From: Moniliella sp. 'wahieum'
Taxonomy: Eukaryota
Assembly: GCA_003971905.1 (NCBI GenBank)
Contig: RSEE01000108.1
Span: 1 to 64,000 of the forward strand
Direction of reading: 5' to 3'
Length of the DNA stretch: 64,000 bases
The translations under genes were made by a program, and so were the position numbers. Of this stretch, positions 54,983-64,000 are shown one piece after another. The notes beneath the pieces were generated by a model. It was given only the letters and a program-made list of their open reading frames with translations. It searched no databases and had not been told where the DNA came from. The first letter of the stretch is position 1, and every line of letters starts with the position of its first letter.

Positions 54983-55573
54983 TCAGGCCGTCTTGGCCTG
55001 CTGGACGTACGCGGGCGGAGGAGGACCTGGAGGCGGGGGGTAAGCGTAGTCGGTCTCCTCGGACGGCGGGCCGGGCGGGGGCTTGACCCACCCGGCGGCT
55101 GGGGCGGTGGAAGGGGCAGGCCGGGAGGTGGAGGAGAAGGCAGAGGGAGGGAGGAGATGGCGACGGCGGCGCTGCAACAGCACGATCGCAGCCAGCGCCA
55201 CGAAAAAGACGCCAATCAAGACGCCGATACCTGTTGCGCCCAAGCGAGCACCCGAACAGCGGAGAGAAGATGGCGGCGGTCAGTGATGCTTGCCATACGC
55301 CGTGGGCAACAGTGGGAGGGTAGCCGAACAGGACGGAAGGCAGGTGGAGCATGGGAGGAGAGAGACGGACGTACCAATGCCCCACTTGGCCGCGCTGCCA
55401 AGGCCACACCACCGTAGCCGGTGCCGAAGGCGTCCTCGTAGCACGTGCGTTTCTCCAGCGTCGGCATCTTCCTGGCGGGTGCGGGTCAGGTGGCGGGGCA
55501 AGACGCTCGAGATGGCGAGCGAGGCGGTGAGGTTGGTGAGCAAGGCCGCCGGCGTGGCCGCCTGGCGCGACAA
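54983..55573 (-). CDS. Small single-TM proline-rich protein with a PY motif (RCR-like)
   Basis: LEKRTC..., TM IGVLIGVFFVALAAIVLL followed by RRRR, tail YAYPPPPGPPPPAY; one probable intron. Start uncertain. Confidence 0.6.
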
Positions 55574-55708
55574 CAGGCACCGATCCGATTGCCTTGACGC
55601 TTAAAGCTTAAACCCCGACAGCGCACATCACGTGCCCCGGCGTTAGCCTTGGGGCGATCACCTCGTTGCCGCTCCCATGATGCTGATGGCCAATACTGGC
55701 TTGCTCCC

Positions 55709-56849
55709 ATGTCCACCTCCTCCCCGCCACGCCCCCCGCGCGCACACCTCCGAGCAAGAGCTGCTGGCCCAGCAGGTGCACGCCGCCGGCGACGACCACT
55801 ACCGCTGTCTCGGCGTGGAGAAGGCTGCGCCCCGTCGAGATCCGCAAGGCGTACCGCAAGCTCGCTCTCCAGCTGCATCCCGACAAGAACAGTGCGCCCG
55901 GTGCAGACGAGGCATTCAAGCGCGTGCTCAAGGCGTTTACCGTCCTTTCCGATGTGGAGCAGCGAGCGCTGTGGGATCAGACTTGGTCGTCTCCTCTTGG
56001 GCCTCGTGCGGCGCGACAGGCAGGTCCTTCGTTCGCCCCACCCGACTTTGGTGCTCCGGATGAACTCTTCACTGCCTTTTTCGGCCCCGGCAGCATGCCG
56101 TTCCGCTTCTCTTCCCCGGGCATGCGTCGTCGCCGTCCGGCCGGGACGGCACGATACGGACGATCTGCCTCTACCTCTGCCTCTGCCTCTGCTTCTGCGC
56201 GCGACTTCCAGCGCCGTGGGCGTGGTACCAACCCCCAGCCCGCCGAGCCCAGTTGGTCTCACATTTTGATCCAGGTCATCCCCATTCTGTTGATCGTGGC
56301 GTGTGTGTGTGTTGTGTGTACGCCGCATCTGTTTGCACCTCCCACGCCCGAGTTTCGCTTTGCCCCCACCGGGCGCTACACCCGCCACCGCTTTAGTGCG
56401 CGCAACGGCGTATCGTACTACGTTGACCCGACCCAGTTCCGGAAGGCTACGACTGCGCTGGGCCGTCCCAATGGCTTAACTTCTTCCAGCCTTCGCCACT
56501 TTGAGCAGCAGGTCGAGACGCACTATGCTACCAACCTGGCGGCGGAATGTGATCGAGCACGCAAGGTGCAACAGCGCAGGTTGTGGAAGGCGATGGGCTT
56601 GGATGGAACGCCGGTAGGTACTCTTGTGCGGGGCAGTGGGGCCGGAGATAACTGTGTTTGGGTTTGAGTTGAGTTGCGTGGCTGACGTTGTTATTATTGT
56701 CGTTGTTGTTGTGGTGGTGGTTGTCCTTGTCCTTGTCCTCGTCTTGTTCTTGTCCTCCTTTTTTCTGCCAGGCGGACCCCAGTCGGGTGACCCGGATCCG
56801 CTCCGAGCGCTTCGAAGCGTGTGAGCGTCTGCAAGATTTTCAGCAGTAG
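55709..56849 (+). CDS. DnaJ co-chaperone, DNAJB12/14 (Hlj1-like) type with a DUF1977-like C-terminus
   Basis: [60 protein letters not shown]; intron 56614-56771; ends [10 protein letters not shown]. Confidence 0.88.
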
Positions 56850-57110
56850 GACGCCGTTTCAGTGGATCCAGTTTGCCCCTGGATAACGACCTACCTGTGC
56901 GTGCGTAGACGGCGTGCGGGTCTTGGGCCAAGATGGCTAGATGGCCAGCTGAACGTTGACCATCGATCGTCCGCTGGCTGTACAACTACGCTGCGCCAGC
57001 CGAATGCAAATGCGTACATTCCAGTTGGGCGTTGCGCGGTCGGGGCACTCGCAGGGTTCTCTGCCGAGCCTGTCCGCACGACGTTTCCTCCAACACGCTG
57101 GGCTCAGTTG

Positions 57111-57229
57111 GTGTCCTGTGTCCTGTGTCCTGTGTCCTGTGTCCTGTGTCCTGTGTCCTGTGTCCTGTGTCCTGTGTCCTGTGTCCTGTGTCCTGTGTCC
57201 TGTGTCCTGTGTCCTGTGTCCTGTGTCCT
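57111..57229. repeat. Perfect heptamer tandem repeat (GTGTCCT)x17
   Basis: 119 bp read directly. Confidence 0.97.
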
Positions 57230-57870
57230 ACCCTCTCCCTCCACGCCGCCGCGCGCGTGGTCCACCTCTCTACCTGCAGAAAGCCGATCTGAATCCTTGC
57301 GCCCCAAACCGCATTCGCCAAGAACTCAGATTCCAAGAGGATACACTGTGCACACGGTTCACTGTGGCTGTGGCGAATGACTAGTAGTGATCCCGTTGCC
57401 GAGTATCAAAGTGATCCTCCCTGGCAACTGGCGACTACCGCTCCCCCGCCATTTCCCATTTCCCTACCCCTTTCCCATTCCCCATTTCCCATTTCCCACA
57501 TGTCAAGTCGATATCTGATACCCCTGGGATCCCTCACCCTACCCCACGTCGCCAGAGGCCTCGGGCCATTCAATGTGCGACCACTATGCCTCGCACGGGT
57601 GCACCCACGGTCCTTTTGCCTGCTCTTCTTCAACTTGAGCCTTGAGCCTTGAGCATGAGTGCATGAGCCATGAGAGCGCCTTGAGAGCTTGAGCGCAGCA
57701 GCTTGAGCCGAGATAGAAAATTTAAACTACCCCATGCTCTTGCTGAAATTTGATCGTCTGTTGGTTCAATGTGAGATCTGAGAGATTCGGGACGTCGAAA
57801 GCTTGGTTGGGCCTTGTGACATGGGACTCTCGGGGCTGTCGGGCCAGCCCCAACTACCTAGGTCTGCACC

Positions 57871-57921
57871 ATGCCATCTACACGGGACCCAACTGACGTG
57901 TCGAAAGACACGGAAACGGAA

Positions 57922-57957
<36 letters not shown>

Positions 57958-60042
57958 ACGAGCGCCGTGCCACCGGAGGGTGGATACCCATTGAGCTTGC
58001 CCGAGTACCTGCGCTACGGCCGGCAAATGATTTTGCCTGGGTTTGGACTGGAAGCGCAGCTGCGTCTTCGGTGTGCGCGTGTGCTGGTGGTGGGTGCGGG
58101 CGGGCTGGGGTGTCCCGTGATCCAGCAGCTGGCCAGTGTCGGTGTTGGCCACATCACCGTCCTGGACCACGATACGGTCGAGATGTCCAATCTCGCGCGC
58201 CAGTTCCTCCACACCGAGGAGAGGATCGGGATGCCCAAAGCGCAGAGCGCCGCCATTGCGTGTCAAGCGTACGTCATCCCTCTCTCTTCTTTCCCTTGCT
58301 CGTCTTTCTCTTGCTCTTTTTTCCCTTACTTCCCTGTCCTACCTCGGCCGTACTAACACCTGTGTTCCCTCTCGCTACCACTGCCCCGGTCTTGTATGGT
58401 CCCAGGATCAACCCACACATCACCGTGGTGCCACGGGTCGAAGCGCTGCTTCCGTCGAATGCGCTGGGCTTGGCCCAAGACCACGACCTGCTCCTCGACT
58501 GCACCGACAACCCCACCACGCGCTACACGCTCTCGGACGCAGCCGTGTTGGCAGACAAGATGCTGGTCAGTGGAGCGGCGCAAGGCATGGAAGGTCAATT
58601 GGCCGTGTGGAACCGGTACTTAGATTTGGACCAACACGTTGTGCCGCCCGCTCGGTACGCTCATGCGTTACCATCTGCTCGTCCCACCGTCTTACCCTTT
58701 TCCAATACGAATTCCGATTCGGGTACGGGATTGGGATTGGGTTCGGGTTCGGGTTCGGGTTCGGGTTCGGGTTCGGGTTCGGGTCCATCCTCTGCCCCTG
58801 CCTCGGCTTCTGCCTCTGCATCTGCCTCTGTGGCAGCTGTGGCAATGCCAACGATGGAAGCGGTGCGTGCGCATCGGCTTGCCTCACCTCGTGGTCCGTG
58901 TTATCGGTGCATGTTCCCGCAAGCGCCGAAAGCGGAGAACGTGCGGGACTGCAGCGAAACCGGTGTGGGGCAGCATAACCGCCCTGGTCGGGGCAGCGCA
59001 AGCGACCGAAGCGGTACGCTTGCTAGCGCGGATCGGGGACGAGTACACGCTTGGTCCGGTGTCTGTGTCAGTACCTTCGCCCGGGGGGAAAGCCCACGCG
59101 CAAGCGCGTACCGACGCAGGTAGTTTGATCCTCTTCTCGCCCTTCGCTTCGCCCTTTTCGCCTTACCGCTCCATCCGTCTTCGTCCACGTCGAATCCAGA
59201 CGTGCGTCTCATGTGGCGATCCAGCCCAGGTACCTGTACCCGCCTCCACCCCGGCCGGACCGACCACAGGTACAACCGCAGGTACAGTTACAGCCTCGTC
59301 GGGCGTGTCGCGGGGGAGCACGATCGAAGATCTTGAACAGGTAGACTACGTTGCGTTGTGCGGAACCAAGTGTGGTCCGTACCCGAACCGTGCGGGGCTG
59401 GATCGTTTGCAACCTGCGGATGTGGTGCCGGTACCTTCTCATTCTGATTGTCCGATGGTATATGTTGACGTGCGTCCGCGTGAGGAATTTGGTATTGTCA
59501 GTTTGCCTGGCTCGTTCAGTACGTCCCTCTGTCTTTGGCTTTGGCTTTGGCTTTGGCTTTTTCGCTTGCGCTTTCGTCCCTGCTCCGACTCTTGGCTAGG
59601 CTTTTAGTTTGGTTTGGTTGGGGGGGGGGGGGGGTGCGTTTTCTTGCGGGACCGAGTGCGGGTGCTGACCTGGGTTTTGCTTGGTTACTTGGTTGTTTGG
59701 TTGCTTGGTTGTCTGGGTTGCTTGCGTGTCAGACATACCCATGGACCAAGTACGTCGCTCACCTTGCGCTGTGCTGGAGGAGATCCGCGCCCTGTTTCCG
59801 CCCGGGACCAAAGCAGGGGAAGTACGTCTGGTCTGTCGGAGGGGCAACGACTCGCTCGAAGCTGCGCATACGTTGAGCGAGGCCGAGACGGGACCAGGTC
59901 AAGAACAAGAACACGGACAAGGACAACACCAGGACAAGAACACCAACAGCAACAGCAACAGCCTGCGCTGAGGTTGATCGATGTGCAAGGTGGTCTGCAA
60001 GCGTATGCGCGCCAAGTGGATCCCACCTTTCCCATTTACTAA
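57871..60042 (+). CDS. UBA4: Uba4/MOCS3 adenylyltransferase-sulfurtransferase (ThiF + rhodanese)
   Basis: RYGRQMIL, VVGAGGLGCP, D.VEMSNLARQ, DCTDN, CYRC and CVSC Zn pairs, rhodanese CRRGNDS, GGL..VDPTFPIY*; two introns. Confidence 0.95.
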
Positions 60043-60783
60043 GTGCCGAGTGCTGAGTGCTGAGTGTGGAGTGCGGAGTGCGGAGTTGAGTGCTGAAATG
60101 AATGGGAGCGATGGGAGCTGGAACACGTGTGCGGGGAGGGGGGCAGGTAAACCAGCTGTCCATGGATCATTGGTACGATGCGTACGACGAATAGACCCGG
60201 GAATATCTCAGTTTAGTATGGGTTCAATCTCGATTATAGTAGATTCGCGATTAGTATAGTAGGGTGGGGGAGCGAACTATGGTGTGAGCGGCGTAGGTGG
60301 ACGTGGATGGGGTCGCAGCTACTTTAGTACCGAGCACGAAGCTGTAAGTACTATACAGTCGTATACGCAGCGTTCAAAGGAGGAAACAAGAGGCGTCGGC
60401 TTCGGCGTCGGCGTCGGGAACTAGGAGAAAAACACTAATAGGAACGATGAGAACATTGCGCGAGAAAGAGGTAAATGCCTCTCAGACCTCAAGAGGGAAG
60501 AACTCAGATCGAATTGGACAGTGGAGCGACCATGCAGAAGACAAAAAGCCTAGTAGTAGCATAAGGCGGGGGTCGGGGAGGGCATACCATAGGGCAAGAT
60601 GATGGTAAACCGGTGGGGGACAAAATGCACATCCTCAGTGGGTACTACAAAGAGTAGTAGTAGCGGGAGGTACTACTAGTATAGTATTTACCTTTTGTTT
60701 GTTTGAGTTTGTTTCGTTTCGTTTGGAGCCCACCACACAGCTCTGTACCATCCGCTGCACGTTGCACGTATTGTGCGCTGGCG

Positions 60784-62836
60784 CTACGGCTGCAAGATAA
60801 GTTGCGCCGCGATCTCCGCGACGCCGTAGACGACGGAGGTCAAGTGCTGGGTGGTGACAAAGGGCAAGATGGAGGCGTCGACGACGCGTAGACCCTGTGT
60901 GCCGTACACGCGCAAAGCCGGGTCCACCACACCGCCCAACTCGAACGGCAGCTGGCTGGCAGTGGACGTGGGATGGTACTCGGTACCAAAAGTCCGCGCA
61001 ACAAATTGGAGCCAGTCAGCGTCCGTGGTGACATTGCCCCCTGGAGCCGTTTCCACCAGACCAAATTGTTTGAGAAGCGGGTGAGCGGCCAGTGGGCGCG
61101 CGGTCTGGCACCCCGCGATGAGCAACGCATTGTCCACGTCGTTGGTCAGGTAGGCCGGGTCGATCAACGGCGGATCAAAGGGATCGGTCGAGTTGAGCAA
61201 CACACTTCCCTGGGCAAACGTGTGCTGCAACGCACAGGCAATTGACACCGCGGCCTGGTTCGACTCGAACCAGATCGTCTCGACGGACGGAACGTCGGCC
61301 TGGTACAGATCGGCAATCAAATGTGACACAAGTTGGTAGCCTGCCTTGACACTGGTGGGAGCCTGGTACTTTTCCGCCCACTGGGCGATACTGGTACGGA
61401 TGGTACGCAGCACGTCGGACGTACTGTTGGTGGTCTTGCTAAACGGGAGGTAAGTAACGGCGGACGTGACATAACTGTTGATCTTGGGGTCTTGGCTGGT
61501 ACCTGCAGCAGGAGGAAAGGAACCTTGAGTCGAATTGGTAATGTTGTACTGCACCTGACCGTAGATGTGGTCTTGGAGGTGGTATCCGACGCCCGGGACG
61601 TCCGCCACAAGGGAAATGTTGTGTTTAGCTAGATAACTTGATTCGCCCACGCCGCTCAGGAGGAGCAGCTGCGGCGTCCCAATCGCGCCAGCGGACAAGA
61701 TGACTTCCTGAGCCGCATGGGCAGTGTACACTTTCCCACCTTTCTGCTGCTGGAACTGCACGCCAGTCGCACGTGGTGGCGAGGCGGTATCAAACAAGAC
61801 CTTTACTGCCTGGTGGTCCGTGAGGACATGCAAATTGCTGCGCGCAACAAACGGATCCAAGTATCCCGTGCGGGCAAAGGAGCGGGTCCAATTATCTTGG
61901 CGAATAAACGAGCGGCCCAACCAAGGTCCGGAATTGTTACCGCCATACGCATCGGGGTTGAGTCCCAAGCCCGTAGTTTCCGATGTGGCTTGGAGGAACG
62001 CGCCTTCCGAGCCGTACTGCACGCCATGCCATGACGTATGGATCGGTCCATCGGTCCCGTGCGAGGCCGGGTTGGAACGTAAAAAGTCCACTGGTTGCGG
62101 GAGTGAGGACGACAAGGACGCATTGATCCCCGCCGGCACGGGCTCGGCAAACTCACTCTTTTTCATTGCGGCCAACATGCTATCCCACGTCCAGTCGCTC
62201 CCGTTGGTCTGCAGCGCCGCCCAGGCATCTTGCTCCACTTGGGTGTGCCGTGTCTACTCGTAGAGGATGGGGCGTACGACCAAAGCGCAAAAAAACAGAG
62301 GGTAGGGGGGGTCAGACGTGCCGTGGCTTGCACTACATACTCAGTGTGCCCACGAGGAAAGATGCGGTGGGAGGGACTGAGGGTAGAATACCTTGAAACG
62401 GGGAGAGAAAGGGGACATACAACAAGCATGATGTTGATCGCGCTAGACCCACCGAGCACTTTGCCGCGGGGCCAGGAGACTTGTCGCTGGTCCATCTCAG
62501 CCTGGGGGACGGTGAGGTACTGCCAGTCCTTGTCGGTGCCAAAGGTGACGGTGGACGGGTTGAACATGGCATTGGGGGTGGTGATGTTGGTATCGCCTTC
62601 GCCGCTGGCTCCCGCCTCGAGGACAAGGACGGTATGGTTGGTGCCCTGGGTCAAGCGAGACGCGAGCACGAGGCCGGCCGTGCCTCCTCCAACGATGAGG
62701 TAGTCGTACGTCTGCCCATCAAAGTCGGTCGGGACGGAACTGATGCCGCCGGGCACAGCGGTAGGCAGCGCATGGCTGCCCACACTCAACCCCCACCCAG
62801 CGAGAAGAAGAACGAACGGACGCCGGCGAGACGCAT
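60784..62836 (-). CDS. Probably secreted GMC oxidoreductase (AA3_2; glucose oxidase/dehydrogenase or aryl-alcohol-oxidase-like)
   Basis: Signal-like N-terminus, YDYLIVGGGTAGL, RGKVLGGSSAIN, SAGAIGTPQLLLLSG, LQDH, catalytic His pair EYHP and QHL, LRVVDAS; intron ~62275-62420. Confidence 0.93.
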
Positions 62837-63847
62837 CGAATGAATGCAAGGGCGGCGGATGCAAGGCAGGAAGCAAAAGACCAACAGAGGCTGCTGGTCG
62901 GTGGTGCGACGAGGACTGGATGTGGTGCGCCTAACAACGCAGCCCTGCGTAGGTGGGGGGGAGGGGAGGGGTTTATATAGTAGAAACACGCGAGCTGCTT
63001 TTGGCATGCACCGTGCCTGAGGCTTGAGGGGAGGCCCTCTGAGGCGTGCGCTTGGGGCTTGGAGCTTGAAGCTTGAGGCTTGAAGCTTGAAGCTGAAGCC
63101 TGACTATGCAATGACTATGCAATGATGGCCCGTCGCGGAAACTGACTGTAATGCGCATGACGCATAGACCCGTTCCCCCAACATCATGTGCATGACCACG
63201 GGTGCAATGGATTCTGTTCATGGATTAGGCCGAGTATCGATCAGCCTTGGGCGCATGGAGGACTAGCTGTGTCTACGAGAAGATCAGATGTAATCGTAAG
63301 CTCAGTCGGAGGGCTCAGCTGAGGGCGCAGGCTGCGCTGAACGCATGACGGTTGCGCAACGTTCAACGCGCAACGTACCACCGCCGCCAGAGGCTGCGGC
63401 CGGTGGCTCTGGAGGGGGTCTGCTGGGCGCAACGGCCAATCGGGATTGGAAGAAGGCCCGTGTGGCATGTGGCGAGAGGACGGATGGGCATGGTGAGTGA
63501 GGCCGGAGGATGGACGATCAATGGGGGCGTGGGGTCTTTCGAACTCAGAGATCGCATCCGTCTCTGATGTGCAGCCAAGGTCAGATCCCACACCGTAGAC
63601 CTGGGGGAGCCGTGGGCACGGACATAGGGTCGCTCGTCGGATGCAGGGTTAGGGTTAGGTGGCTGTGCTGGGGTAGTCTGCTCCGCTTCCGGTTCCGACG
63701 GAGGTAAGCGTCTTGGCGTTGGGTTGCCAAGCAAGGCAGGGCAGTGCTTATTTCCGGCTGCGTACTCAGCACGCGTCCATCCGAGCGTCGATCTGAGATG
63801 GTTGTCGATCATCTGAGACCGGGGTGGGGGGGCGTGGCGGGCATGCT

Positions 63848-63878
63848 CACGTGAGAGACCACGTGAGAGACCACGTGA
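63848..63878. promoter_or_regulatory. Three CACGTGA E-boxes at a 12-bp period
   Basis: CACGTG at 63848, 63860 and 63872. Confidence 0.5.
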
Positions 63879-64000
63879 CTGGGAATCGGGCGGTAGGGTT
63901 GCCCAACCCTACCCCGTGTGCCCATTGCGCTCGGACCTCCGAGCTGGGACGGCGGGTGTGATGTAAGCAGCAGTGGGCCGTGGCTCATGGCACCCCCGCA

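Noticed and set aside
57111..57229. Regular repeat array as a possible CRISPR
   Set aside because: Pure 7-bp tandem repeat with no spacers; eukaryotic context; no cas genes.
63646..63659. GGGTTAGGGTTAGG telomere-like sequence
   Set aside because: Only about two units; expected by chance in a hexamer-rich genome.

Overview
Eukaryotic, GC-rich, gene-dense fungal DNA, most likely a basidiomycete yeast or smut-type genome. This is inferred from short GT-AG introns with CTAAC/CTGAC branch points and from the gene content. The window holds about 23 protein-coding genes: a METTL21-type methyltransferase, a SUR7/PalI-like protein, D-aminoacylase, a WKF/DUF2373 protein, beta-tubulin, Rab11/Ypt3, RidA, SmD3, Hsp110, a Pil1-like protein, a Siw14-like phosphatase, RPS14, calmodulin, a polyol dehydrogenase, a C2H2 transcription factor, a DNAJB12-like protein, Uba4, a GMC oxidoreductase and others. 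Nearly all genes, including essential ones, are broken by 1-2 nt indels, which points to an unpolished long-read assembly rather than real pseudogenes, so CDS ends are approximate. There are two LTR elements with intact 5-bp target-site duplications. One is a full-length Ty3/Gypsy chromovirus (40873-46641) with a Tf1-type self-priming site. The other is a 1.38-kb non-autonomous Copia-like/TRIM element (11601-12982). The TRIM lies inside an AT-richer island (~8.7-16.6 kb) of decayed coding-like sequence that may be an endogenised dsRNA virus (speculative). Other notable signals are a structured, snoRNA-like RNA in the RPS14 5'-UTR intron, a perfect heat-shock element before Hsp110, phased E-box clusters and abundant hexamer/heptamer microsatellites.
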